Assembly (NCBI GenBank): GCA_963846085.1
Contig: CAWJUN010000001.1
Location: forward strand, 1,274,722-1,338,721
Reading direction: 5' to 3'
Source: an uncultured Acidobacteriaceae bacterium
GTDB lineage: Bacteria; Acidobacteriota; Terriglobia; Terriglobales; Acidobacteriaceae
Length of the DNA: 64,000 nucleotides
The notes under the pieces are model-generated. The model made no database searches, was not told the DNA's origin, and was given only the letters and a program-made list of their open reading frames with translations. Positions 19,831 through 28,941 of this stretch are shown piece after piece. Position 1 is the first letter of the stretch, and each line of letters begins with the position of its first letter. The translations under genes were made by a program, and so were the position numbers.

Positions 19831-20349
19831 TTAGGTTCGCTGTTTGACACGATCAAGCAGCATAAAAACCAGAACGCCCAAAACAGCATTCGCCATGCCC
19901 GACAGCAGTTCGTGTGGCCAACTCAACGCGATGTGCAAACCGACCAATCCCCGCGCAATGCTGAAGCGGATAACCTCGTGTATTGCGAAGAAGAAAATGG
20001 TCAGGAGGAAGCGGGCACCAGCATTTTCCACATCGAGCTTGATTCCGAGCGAAGATGCACCGAATCCGACTACCGTTTTTGCGATTCCGTATAGTCCAAT
20101 GGGCTGCGAGGTGAGCGCATCTTGCAAGATGCCGATCAATCCGCCAGTAACGAGTCCAGCGAGCGGATTTCGCCTTGCGGTGGCGAATCCAATCGTCACC
20201 AGTAAAGGCAGATCGAAGATGGAAAAAAAAGGCAAGCGGAGCGGCAGCCACGCTTGGAAGAAAACAGCCGCTAGCGGAATCAGCACCGTCGCAGGAATGC
20301 TGAAGCGATAAACCTCAACCTGCTCTCCCGATGTGTAAGTGATGGCCAC
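19831..20349 (-). CDS. mreD: Rod shape-determining protein MreD
   Basis: Polytopic hydrophobic ORF immediately after mreC. The annotated ORF (to 20421) overlaps mreC by 70 nt. A GTG at 20349, 1 nt after the mreC stop, gives a typical-length MreD. The start is uncertain. Confidence 0.7.
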   Translation of the reverse strand: MAITYTSGEQVEVYRFSIPATVLIPLAAVFFQAWLPLRLPFFSIFDLPLLVTIGFATARRNPLAGLVTGGLIGILQDALTSQPIGLYGIAKTVVGFGASSLGIKLDVENAGARFLLTIFFFAIHEVIRFSIARGLVGLHIALSWPHELLSGMANAVLGVLVFMLLDRVKQRT

Positions 20350-20350
20350 G

Positions 20351-21691
20351 TTAGTGTGGACTATCCTCAGCGGTTGGCGGAGCTTTCGGCTCGCTGATGG
20401 GTTTGGCGGGCTTGGGGGCAACTTTCAGTGTGCCGGAAAACGAGGTGCCGGTCTTAACGTTGGAAGTCGCATTCGCGGGCGAACCGGAAGCGGGGCCTGA
20501 AGCTTTGGCTGAAGTCGAAGACTTGACCGAAGTCGACGCCGAGCCACCCGTCGACCCGGCCGCTCCGGAGGCGGGCGTTGTAGTTTTCGCGACTGGTGGA
20601 ATTACGCTGCTGGCTGGGCTCTGTGGCGCAACGACTTTCGGCTTGGCTACTGCACTGTCAGTATTTGCTTGCTTGGGCGTTCCTGTGGCCGGTTTTGGCG
20701 CGCCTACGGTAGACGCTGAGTTCGGAGTTTTCACCGAGGATGTGCCGGGTCGAGGCACGGCGCCAGATTCCGGGGTTTCGGGTTTCGACGGAACTCCGGG
20801 CAAACGCTCCGCCAATATATCAACCGCGCGAGCGGCGTTCGTCTGATCGGGCTCGGCCTGACGCTCGTCGATCTTGGTTACAACCAGCACTTCTTCCAGT
20901 TTGCTGAGGTCAGCCGCGGGACGAACGTGAATATTAAGAAACAGTTCGCTGCCGGTCGAAACCTTGGTGACCGCGCCCACCAGCAAGCCTTTCGGAAAGA
21001 TGCCGTCGCCACCACTCGTCAGTACCTGTTCTCCGGGAGGCACCATCTCGTCGCTCATAACCTTTTCCAGAACGACTTCACCTGCCGGAGTGCCACGCAG
21101 AATGCCTTGCAATCGCGTCTTGTCGAGAATCGCCCCGACGCCGCTGGTCTGATCGTCGATCAAGAGCACTTCCGCGGTGGAGCGGTAGACGCGCAACACT
21201 TTGCCCACTACGCCGTCGGCAGTGATGACCGCCATGTCAGTCTTGATTCCGTTCTTATCGCCTTTGTCGATGAAGACCGACCGCGATTGCTCGCTGCCAC
21301 TCGAGCCGATGACTTGCGCCGCCATGGTCTGCGAAATGAATTGTTCTTTGAAGGAGAGCAAGGCCTGCAGACGGCGCGCCTGGTCGGCGTCCTGGCTCAT
21401 TCGCACTTGCTCGAGGCTCATGCGCTCGATCTGCGCCTTCAGGTTGCGGTTCTCGGCGCGAACGCCGCGCAAGTAGAAGTAACTGTGCCACAGGTTGGCG
21501 GTGGAAGTTTGAGTCCAGACCAAAACTTTTTCGAACGGCGTAACCATGCCGACGGCCCACACGCGGATTAGCCGGGTCGGTTCGCTGTCAGTCGTCCGCT
21601 TGACATTGACCTGTACGGCCAAGCCAAGAATCTGGGCGAATAACACTCCCACCAACACGATCAGATTTCGGTACCGTCCGAGGACGTCCAT
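20351..21691 (-). CDS. mreC: Rod shape-determining protein MreC with a long Pro/Ala/Ser/Thr-rich C-terminal tail
   Basis: N-terminal TM, a coiled-coil segment (RAENRNLKAQIERMSLEQ) and the MreC beta-barrel core (GVVGKVLRV...TSGGDGIFPKGLLVG). The last ~150 aa are low complexity. Confidence 0.85.
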   Translation of the reverse strand: MDVLGRYRNLIVLVGVLFAQILGLAVQVNVKRTTDSEPTRLIRVWAVGMVTPFEKVLVWTQTSTANLWHSYFYLRGVRAENRNLKAQIERMSLEQVRMSQDADQARRLQALLSFKEQFISQTMAAQVIGSSGSEQSRSVFIDKGDKNGIKTDMAVITADGVVGKVLRVYRSTAEVLLIDDQTSGVGAILDKTRLQGILRGTPAGEVVLEKVMSDEMVPPGEQVLTSGGDGIFPKGLLVGAVTKVSTGSELFLNIHVRPAADLSKLEEVLVVTKIDERQAEPDQTNAARAVDILAERLPGVPSKPETPESGAVPRPGTSSVKTPNSASTVGAPKPATGTPKQANTDSAVAKPKVVAPQSPASSVIPPVAKTTTPASGAAGSTGGSASTSVKSSTSAKASGPASGSPANATSNVKTGTSFSGTLKVAPKPAKPISEPKAPPTAEDSPH

Positions 21692-21698
21692 AACACGG

Positions 21699-21726
21699 GT
21701 TCTCAGTTCTCAGTTGTCAGTTCTCA
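21699..21726. repeat. Tandem heptamer GTTCTCA x4 (third unit GTTGTCA) in the mreB-mreC spacer
   Basis: Read directly: gttctca gttctca gttgtca gttctca. On the transcribed (minus) strand this is TGAGAAC TGACAAC TGAGAAC TGAGAAC, ending 8 nt before the mreC ATG. Confidence 0.9.
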
Positions 21727-21854
21727 GTAGCCATATCCCTGAGAGTGGTATTCGTGCGGAGTCCGTCAATATCTATCCTTCAATTTCTTTCGGACTTGTC
21801 ATCCAGAACGAGGCGAAGAACCTGTCTTTCGCTCACCGATCATAGCTCCCGGTT

Positions 21855-22919
21855 TTACTCGATCGAAATCTTGCGCAGCAGTTTGAAGTCAGAGAGCATC
21901 TTGCCGGTGCCGAGCACCACGCTGCAGAGCGGGTCGTCGGCGATGGAGACCGGCAGTCCCGTTTCTTCGCGGATGCGCTTGTCGAGATTCTTGATTAGCG
22001 CACCGCCGCCCGTCAGCACAATTCCGCGATCGCTGATGTCAGCAGAGAGCTCTGGCGGCGTACGCTCGAGAGCCACGCGAATCGCGTTCATGATAGTGGA
22101 AACACATTCACTCAAGGATTCGCGGATTTCGCTATCGTCTACCGTGATGGTCTTGGGGACGCCCTCGATCAGGTTGCGGCCTTTGATCTCCATGGTGAGC
22201 GGCTTGTCGAGAGGGTACGCGGAACCAATTTCCATTTTGATCTGCTCAGCCGTGCGTTCCCCGACGAGCAGGTTATATTTCCGCTTGAGGTAGTTCATGA
22301 TGGCCTCATCCATCTGATTGCCGGCCATGCGCACAGAACGCGAATACACGATGCCGCTGAGAGAAATTACCGCGATGTCGGTGGTACCGCCGCCGATATC
22401 GACGACCATGTTGCCGCTTGGCTCGGTGATGGGCAGGCCAGCGCCAATGGCCGCGACCATCGCTTGCTCGACGAGATGCACCTCACTCGCCTTAGCTCGA
22501 TAAGCGGAATCCATGACCGCGCGCTTTTCGACCTGGGTGATTTCCGAAGGTACGCCGATCACTATTCGCGGATGCACCAGCATCTTGCGGTTGTGCGCCT
22601 TCTGGATGAAGTAGTTCAGCATCTTTTCGGTGACTTTGAAGTCGGCGATGACACCGTCTTTCATCGGCTTGATGGCGACAATGTTGCCGGGGGTTCGACC
22701 CAACATCTCTTTCGCTTCTTTGCCGACGGCCTCGACTTCATTCGTGTTCTTGTTCAGCGCAACGATGGAGGGTTCGTTGACCACGATGCCTTTACCGCGC
22801 GCGTAGACCAGCGTGTTGGCCGTTCCCAGGTCGATGGCGAGGTCGCTCGAAAACATGCTGAACAGCGAGCGGAGATTGTGCGAACGGGATGATCCGTTAT
22901 GAAAACCGTTGTTTGACAT
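21855..22919 (-). CDS. mreB: Rod shape-determining protein MreB
   Basis: 354 aa. Actin-fold motifs DLGTANTLVY, DIGGGTTDIAV, LTGGGALI. Confidence 0.95.
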   Translation of the reverse strand: MSNNGFHNGSSRSHNLRSLFSMFSSDLAIDLGTANTLVYARGKGIVVNEPSIVALNKNTNEVEAVGKEAKEMLGRTPGNIVAIKPMKDGVIADFKVTEKMLNYFIQKAHNRKMLVHPRIVIGVPSEITQVEKRAVMDSAYRAKASEVHLVEQAMVAAIGAGLPITEPSGNMVVDIGGGTTDIAVISLSGIVYSRSVRMAGNQMDEAIMNYLKRKYNLLVGERTAEQIKMEIGSAYPLDKPLTMEIKGRNLIEGVPKTITVDDSEIRESLSECVSTIMNAIRVALERTPPELSADISDRGIVLTGGGALIKNLDKRIREETGLPVSIADDPLCSVVLGTGKMLSDFKLLRKISIE

Positions 22920-23092
22920 AGCAAAACTTCTCTCTTCTGGGACTGCGTCTCGCTGGAACCTGGGACTTGGCCGGTTTCCTGGTGAGTCGCCCCTTGCTTC
23001 TTCTATTTGTTACGTTTCTTTATATTCTACTTCGTTCAGTAGGACCGGTTGTTATCTCGGCACCGGGTGCCAAAAACTGTTTGAACGACGGT

Positions 23093-24385
23093 CTACTGAA
23101 TTACCACCTTCTCCTGGTGCGTATTCACTCCACCCTTGGAATTCTGCGCGGTTACCGTAATCAGGTTTTCCCCGTTCGGCAAAGGAGGAGTGAAGTAATG
23201 AAATGTGCCATCGTCGCTCACGAGCGGCACTTCCCTGCCATTTACCATGACCCGGGCACCGGCCTCGGTCTTACCCGTCACCTCAATCACGTGCCCGTGC
23301 TGGATTAGCGGGTCCATATCGAGCGACAGCTCGATTTTTTCCTTGGCCTTGACTACGATGGTGAAGCGATTCTTCTCGCTCTCGACTGACTCCTTGCCAG
23401 CGGAGTCATAGGACTCGATTGACCAATAGTAAGCACCAACCGGGAGGCCAGTTACAACCACGCTCGGCGCTTCCACCTTGCGGTCGAGCAATAAAGAAGA
23501 AAAATATGGATTGTGAGAAATGCGAAGACGGTATCCGGCGGCATTGGCCATGGGCGTCCAGGCGAACTCGACTTCCTTCGACTTTTCTCCCGTGTTGATG
23601 AAGACGGGCATCATGTTGCCTGGCGTAATCGGCGTAGGTGGTCCGATCTCGGTGGCGTGTTCCATGGTTTTCGATTCCGCCTGGAAACTCACCTTTTCCC
23701 AACTCGCCAGATGTGCGACTTCTCCGTTGCGCTCGACGTCGCCACTGCCCTTTTTCACCAGAATTTCGTGCTCGTTGTCTTTAGGATTGTTGTGAACCAT
23801 CGCTGCGGAGTCGGGAGCAAGTGAAGCCTTTGCTCCAGCTACGATCACCTGCGATTTTGATCCTTGAACATACGTAGCAGTCGTTAAATCCACCGTACCG
23901 GTCGTAACCGCGACCGATACGTTCGTCTGCTGCTGATCGTTCGCGGAGTTCTCTTCGATGACAATCAGCGAATCCTGCTTCACGGTGTAATTCGTGCCAT
24001 CGTTAAAAACAATCTTCGCCATGCCCTCAGCGCCGGTTTGCACAACGTCCCCTTTTTCGAGCGGCACGTTGTAGTCGGCGTTGATCCAACTATTGCCAGT
24101 ACCTTTTCTCACACGGACGGTCCCATCGAGGGCCGTGAAGTGCGCTTGTTGCCCAACCAGAGCGGATGTCCCTTTGAGAGGAGGAGCCAGTCCCGCAACT
24201 TTTTCGAGCAAGCCCGATGAAATCTGCCCCGCGGCTTTTACAGTCGAGTCTGTAAATTTCGGAAACACGACGTGCATAAGAGCGCCAAAAATCAGCAAGA
24301 CACCCAGCAGCGCCATGATCACGCTGCGGTACGTTACCTGTTTCCAAGCAACGTAGACTCCCGGCTTTGTATTATTTTTCGACAC
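23093..24385 (-). CDS. Membrane-anchored FecR-domain protein with C-terminal Ig/FN3-like domains
   Basis: N-terminal TM VIMALLGVLLIFGALMHVVF. FecR-like segment GTVRVRKGTGNSWINADYNVPLEKGDVVQTGAEGMAKIVFNDGTNYTVKQDSLIVIEE. Beta-rich C-terminal modules. Confidence 0.68.
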   Translation of the reverse strand: MSKNNTKPGVYVAWKQVTYRSVIMALLGVLLIFGALMHVVFPKFTDSTVKAAGQISSGLLEKVAGLAPPLKGTSALVGQQAHFTALDGTVRVRKGTGNSWINADYNVPLEKGDVVQTGAEGMAKIVFNDGTNYTVKQDSLIVIEENSANDQQQTNVSVAVTTGTVDLTTATYVQGSKSQVIVAGAKASLAPDSAAMVHNNPKDNEHEILVKKGSGDVERNGEVAHLASWEKVSFQAESKTMEHATEIGPPTPITPGNMMPVFINTGEKSKEVEFAWTPMANAAGYRLRISHNPYFSSLLLDRKVEAPSVVVTGLPVGAYYWSIESYDSAGKESVESEKNRFTIVVKAKEKIELSLDMDPLIQHGHVIEVTGKTEAGARVMVNGREVPLVSDDGTFHYFTPPLPNGENLITVTAQNSKGGVNTHQEKVVIQ

Positions 24386-24481
24386 GGACTCGTGCCAGCC
24401 TCATCACACAATTTCTGGATTTCTGTATATCTGTAGCACTATCACCATCATATCTTCGGTTGGGTGTGGATTGATCTTCGG

Positions 24482-24865
24482 TCAGGGGGTGAAAGGGTTA
24501 CGAAAGTGACCATACCCGCTTTTCCGAACCGACAGGATTCGCGCCCGGTATCGCGTGTTCAGCGATAGGCCTTCCAGACGTTCAAAAGCCATGCCCACAA
24601 TTATCAGAATCGCCCAAAGTCCTCCCAGGCCAACACGAATGAAGCGACTGGTGCGAGACAGAGGGAAGTCGCGATTCAATCCGTCAGCAACGGCTCGTAT
24701 CAGGGCGAAAAGGACGGAAACCATGAGAATCCAGTACCAGGGCAGGAGCGGTTTGTAGAAATCCACGGTTCGGCTCAGATTTATCCACCGAGATTCCACC
24801 CATCCAGCAAAATCTGGAGTTCGATCAGTCCTCGCCTTGCCGGTCGGCAATGCGGTTGTTAGCAT
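24482..24865 (-). CDS. Hypothetical small membrane protein
   Basis: 127-aa ORF with two hydrophobic helices ([32 protein letters not shown]). Divergent from the aldehyde dehydrogenase gene. No family recognised. Confidence 0.45.
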   Translation of the reverse strand: MLTTALPTGKARTDRTPDFAGWVESRWINLSRTVDFYKPLLPWYWILMVSVLFALIRAVADGLNRDFPLSRTSRFIRVGLGGLWAILIIVGMAFERLEGLSLNTRYRARILSVRKSGYGHFRNPFTP

Positions 24866-24894
24866 GGAGGTTCGGCAACTTTCAGGAGGTTCGT

Positions 24895-26433
24895 ATGGCG
24901 ACCGACACGATGACGAAGCCAGTAATCGATGGCAGCACCACCAAAACTAGGGTTTTCAAGAATTTCATCGATGGCGAATGGGTGGAATCCGCTAGCGGCC
25001 AGACTTTCGAAGATCGAAATCCCGCGGATACGCGCGAAGTCGTCGCCATCTTCCAGCGTTCGAACAAAGAGGATGTAGACACAGCCGTTGAGGCGGCCAA
25101 ACGGGCCTTTGCGAAGTGGCGTCTGGTGCCCGCTCCCCGGCGGGCCGAGATGGTCTTTCGCGCGGCCGAAATTCTGATTGAGCGGAAAGAGGAGTACGCC
25201 CGCGACATGACTCGTGAGATGGGGAAGGTGATCAAAGAGACTCGCGGAGACGTGCAGGAGGCGATCGACGCTGCCTACTACAACGCGGGCGAAGGTCGGC
25301 GCCTGTTCGGTCCAACGGTGCCCTCGGAACTGCCCAATAAGTTTGCGATGGCCGTCCGCCATCCGATTGGCGTCTGTGGCATGATTACGCCGTGGAACTT
25401 TCCCATGGCGATTTCCTCCTGGAAGTTGCTACCAGCGGTCGTTTGCGGAAATACCTGCGTTATCAAACCTGCCCAAGATACACCGCTTTCCACTTTCAAT
25501 CTGGTGCAAGCGCTGACCGATGCTGGCATTCCAAAAGGTGTCATCAATGTCGTTGCAGGATACGGGACGGAAGTTGGAACGCCACTGACCGAAAATCCCA
25601 CGGTGCGTGCTATTTCTCTAACCGGATCATCGGCTGTCGGCAGAATCGTAGGCGCCACGGCCGCGAAAAGTTTTAAACACTGTTCGTTGGAACTGGGCGG
25701 GAAGAACCCGATGATCGTTCTCGACGACGCAAACCTCGAACTGGCGATCGAAGGCGGACTCTGGGGCGCATTCGGCACCACGGGCCAGCGTTGCACAGCG
25801 ACCAGCCGCATCATCGTCCAAAAAGGCGTGTATCGACAATTCATCGAGCATTTTGTCGCGCGCGCGAAGAAGATCAAAGTCGGCAACGGTCTGGACGAAA
25901 CGGTTGAGATGGGTCCGGCGGTGAACGAGAATCAGCTCAAGACTGACTTGAGCTACATCGAGATCGGCAAGGACGAAGGCGCCAAACTTGTCACCGGCGG
26001 AAACCGCCTCGACAAAGGCGAATACCAACACGGTTGGTTCCTGGAGCCTACGGTCTTCACCGATGTCGATCCCAAGATGCGGATTGCGCAGGAAGAAATC
26101 TTCGGTCCGGTAGTTTCAATCATCCCCTGCGAAGATCTGGAAGATGCCATCGCTATCGCGAATAACATCGAATACGGCCTCTCGTCGTCGCTCTACACCA
26201 AGGATGTGAACAAGGCTTTTGCCGCAGTGCGCGATCTCGAAGCCGGCATCACCTATATCAACGCGCCGACAATTGGCGCTGAGGTTCATCTGCCCTTCGG
26301 CGGGACGAAAGCGACGGGCAATGGACATCGCGAAGGTGGCATTGGCGCGGTCGACTTCTATACGGAGTGGAAGTCCGTGTACATCGACTACTCTGACACT
26401 CTGCAGAAAGCTCAGATCGACCGGCCAGAATAA
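24895..26433 (+). CDS. NAD(P)-dependent aldehyde dehydrogenase family protein
   Basis: ORF 24850-26433. ATG at 24895 is preceded by AGGAGG. Motifs ITPWNFP, ELGGKNP and catalytic Cys in GTTGQRCTA. Confidence 0.9.
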   Translation: MATDTMTKPVIDGSTTKTRVFKNFIDGEWVESASGQTFEDRNPADTREVVAIFQRSNKEDVDTAVEAAKRAFAKWRLVPAPRRAEMVFRAAEILIERKEEYARDMTREMGKVIKETRGDVQEAIDAAYYNAGEGRRLFGPTVPSELPNKFAMAVRHPIGVCGMITPWNFPMAISSWKLLPAVVCGNTCVIKPAQDTPLSTFNLVQALTDAGIPKGVINVVAGYGTEVGTPLTENPTVRAISLTGSSAVGRIVGATAAKSFKHCSLELGGKNPMIVLDDANLELAIEGGLWGAFGTTGQRCTATSRIIVQKGVYRQFIEHFVARAKKIKVGNGLDETVEMGPAVNENQLKTDLSYIEIGKDEGAKLVTGGNRLDKGEYQHGWFLEPTVFTDVDPKMRIAQEEIFGPVVSIIPCEDLEDAIAIANNIEYGLSSSLYTKDVNKAFAAVRDLEAGITYINAPTIGAEVHLPFGGTKATGNGHREGGIGAVDFYTEWKSVYIDYSDTLQKAQIDRPE

Positions 26434-26437
26434 GGCG

Positions 26438-26541
26438 ATCTACCGACGAGACGCAGAGCGCGCCGAGAAGTTGGATTCGTTTATTTTTGTTGTCCCGAGC
26501 GCAGCGAGGGATCCGCAGTTCGCGGCGTCTCGGCGGTAGAT
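26438..26541. repeat. Long-range inverted repeat (17 nt arms, 16/17 complementary) enclosing ~70 nt in the ALDH-aminotransferase spacer
   Basis: ATCTACCGACGAGACGC (26438-26454) versus GCGTCTCGGCGGTAGAT (26525-26541). The enclosed sequence contains a T-rich run, TTTATTTTTGTTGT. Confidence 0.8.
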
Positions 26542-26553
26542 TGACTTTGACCT

Positions 26554-27762
26554 ATGCCAATAACTCAACTTCGCGAAATCGCTCCCGCCACCCGACTGGA
26601 AAACGTTCGCTACGCTATTCGGGACCTGGCCTGCATTGCGGACGAAGTCGCGCGCGCGGGACACAAGATCCTGCCCCTGAATATCGGCGACCCGCTCAAT
26701 TTCGACTTCCATACCCCCGCCCACATGATCGAAGCCGTTTATCAGGCCATGCGCGACGGCAAGAATGGGTATTCGAGCTCTTCCGGAATTGCGCCAGCGT
26801 TGCAGGCGATTCGCGGCGAAGCGGCCCGCAAAGGGATCACTAGCATTCAAGACGTTTTTGTGACCTCGGGCGTCAGCGAAACCGTCGATATTTGCCTGAC
26901 GGCGCTACTCAACCCGGGCGATACCCTGCTCACGCCTTGTCCGGACTATCCTCTCTATTCGGCAGTTCTGGCCAAACTCGAAATTGGATTGAACACGTAT
27001 TACCTGAACGAAGAAGACGGGTGGCAGCCCGATCTCGAAGACATCAAGAGAAAGATCACGCCGAGGACGCGCGGGATTGTGCTGATCAACCCAAACAATC
27101 CCACCGGCTCGCTCTGCACGCGCCAGACCCTCGAACAGATCGCCGAATTGGCGCGCCGCCATAACCTGATCATTTTCGCCGATGAAATCTACGACAAACT
27201 CATCATCGATGATGACCCACATGTTGCGATGGCCGCCGTGGCACCGGATGTGCCGGTCATTACCTTCGGAGGCCTCTCCAAGAACTACCTCGCGCCCGGA
27301 TGGCGGATTGGATGGGGTATCGCCAGCGGCGAAGCTGCCGCTATTAAGCCCTACCTTGAAGGTGTGAATAAGCTCCTACGTGCGCGACTCTGCGCCAACC
27401 ATCCCGAGCAGTATGCGATCAAAGCAGCCCTCGAAGGGCCTCAGGATCACCTCGTCGAGGTCAAGCGTAAACTGCTCAGCCGCCGCGATCTGACGATGAA
27501 ATGGTGCGCCGACACTCCGCGCGTAAGTTGCGTAGCGCCTCGTGGCGCTTTCTACGCGTATCCCAGCATCGACATCCCAGAAAGCGATGATGTGTTTGTT
27601 ACCGAACTCATCCGCCAAAAATATGTGACGGTGGTCCACGGATGTGGTTTTGGTCAACTGCCGGGGACAAAACACTTTCGCATCGTTTTCCTGCCGGAAG
27701 AAAAAACGCTGTCTGCTGCCTACGCGGCGATTGGCGATTTCATGCGGGAGCGCTACGCGTAA
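26554..27762 (+). CDS. Class I/II PLP-dependent aminotransferase (alanine/aspartate aminotransferase-like)
   Basis: 402 aa. Motifs LNIGDP, NPNNPTG and PLP-lysine context FGGLSKNYLAPGWRIGW. Confidence 0.88.
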   Translation: MPITQLREIAPATRLENVRYAIRDLACIADEVARAGHKILPLNIGDPLNFDFHTPAHMIEAVYQAMRDGKNGYSSSSGIAPALQAIRGEAARKGITSIQDVFVTSGVSETVDICLTALLNPGDTLLTPCPDYPLYSAVLAKLEIGLNTYYLNEEDGWQPDLEDIKRKITPRTRGIVLINPNNPTGSLCTRQTLEQIAELARRHNLIIFADEIYDKLIIDDDPHVAMAAVAPDVPVITFGGLSKNYLAPGWRIGWGIASGEAAAIKPYLEGVNKLLRARLCANHPEQYAIKAALEGPQDHLVEVKRKLLSRRDLTMKWCADTPRVSCVAPRGAFYAYPSIDIPESDDVFVTELIRQKYVTVVHGCGFGQLPGTKHFRIVFLPEEKTLSAAYAAIGDFMRERYA

Positions 27763-27822
27763 ACGAATGGAAAACCAAACCGCAGTGGGATCGTCCGCTC
27801 CGGGCCCCTCTCGGAGGAAATC

Positions 27823-28398
27823 ATGGCCGCACTGATCGACGCGATCGATGTAAAGCGCAAAATGTTTTTCGAGTTCGAAAACACACCTTTTGTATGCCTG
27901 GAAGTGGAGGTTTCAACTCCAACCGCCAGGGGTGGCCAAACCCTGGTGCGCCTGAAGATGCGCAACCTCCTGACCCGCGCAGTTTTCGACAAGACTTTCA
28001 AGGCGAGCGATCGGTTCAAGGAGCCCGACCTCGAGATGGTCGAAGCGTCGTACCTGTACGGCGATGGTGAGGGCTTCCATTTCATGGATCAGGAGAGTTT
28101 CGAGACTCTCACTCTTTCGCGCGAGATGATCGGCGACGCGCAGGACTTCATTGTCGAAGGAGTTATCATTCAGTTGCATAAGTACAACGGCAATCCGATC
28201 GGGTTGGAGCTACCGCCCCATGTGGAACTGAACGTCACCTACACCGAGCCTGGCGCTCGCGGCGACACCGCCAGCGGAAGTGTCACCAAATCCGCAAAAC
28301 TTGAGACAGGCATTGAGATCCGCGTTCCCCTCTTTATTAAACAGGGGGAAACGGTCAAGGTTTCAACCGAAACGCGGGAATTCGCCGGCCGAGCCTAA
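27823..28398 (+). CDS. efpL: Elongation factor P-like protein, YeiP/EfpL subfamily
   Basis: 191 aa with the three-domain EF-P layout and GGAGG upstream. The tip loop STPTARGGQT (Arg codon 27928-27930) resembles E. coli YeiP SPTARGAAT rather than the canonical KPGKG. The C-terminal ...REFAGRA resembles YeiP ...RYMGRAD. Both comparisons are from my recollection of the E. coli sequence. Confidence 0.8.
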   Translation: MAALIDAIDVKRKMFFEFENTPFVCLEVEVSTPTARGGQTLVRLKMRNLLTRAVFDKTFKASDRFKEPDLEMVEASYLYGDGEGFHFMDQESFETLTLSREMIGDAQDFIVEGVIIQLHKYNGNPIGLELPPHVELNVTYTEPGARGDTASGSVTKSAKLETGIEIRVPLFIKQGETVKVSTETREFAGRA

Positions 28399-28493
28399 TT
28401 CCAACGACCATCGAAAGGGTAACTCTGACTGAGGCCGAACTGAAAACGCATCTCGACGCCGCCGAGAAGAGCCCAAAAGAAATTGCTGCCGCT

Positions 28494-28907
28494 GTGTTGG
28501 GCCTGCCGGAGAAGACATTGCGCTATAAACCTTCTCCGGATAAATGGTGTATATGGGAGATTCTCGGGCATCTGGCTGACATGGAAATCCTGTACGCATA
28601 CCGCGTTCGCCAGATGCTCGCCGACAAAGATCCGGTGCTCGCACCGATTGATCAGGATGACTGGGCGGATAATCTTGGGTATCTCGAGTCGCCAATTTCG
28701 GAGTTAGTCGCGCTTTACGGACTCAATCGCCATGCCAACGTAAGGTTACTGAGACGACTGAAAGCAGTTGACCTGCTCAAATCCGCACGCCATCCCGAAC
28801 TCGACCGTGGGGTAACGGTTGCTGACTATGTAAGGATGATGTCGAAGCACGGGCCCAATCACCTGGAGCAGGTCGAGCGGTTAAAAAAAGAAGCGATCCA
28901 GCATTGA
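28494..28907 (+). CDS. DinB-family (DinB_2-like) metal-dependent protein; true start probably upstream at a non-ATG codon
   Basis: WCIWEILGHLADME...H and the helical-bundle length fit DinB. The frame stays open upstream of the GTG at 28494 and reads LTEAELKTHLDAAEKSPKEIAAAV, a typical DinB N-terminal helix. Confidence 0.62.
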   Translation: MLGLPEKTLRYKPSPDKWCIWEILGHLADMEILYAYRVRQMLADKDPVLAPIDQDDWADNLGYLESPISELVALYGLNRHANVRLLRRLKAVDLLKSARHPELDRGVTVADYVRMMSKHGPNHLEQVERLKKEAIQH

Positions 28908-28941
28908 ACAAAGAGGCGGTCACGCCTATTTCACCTTCCTA

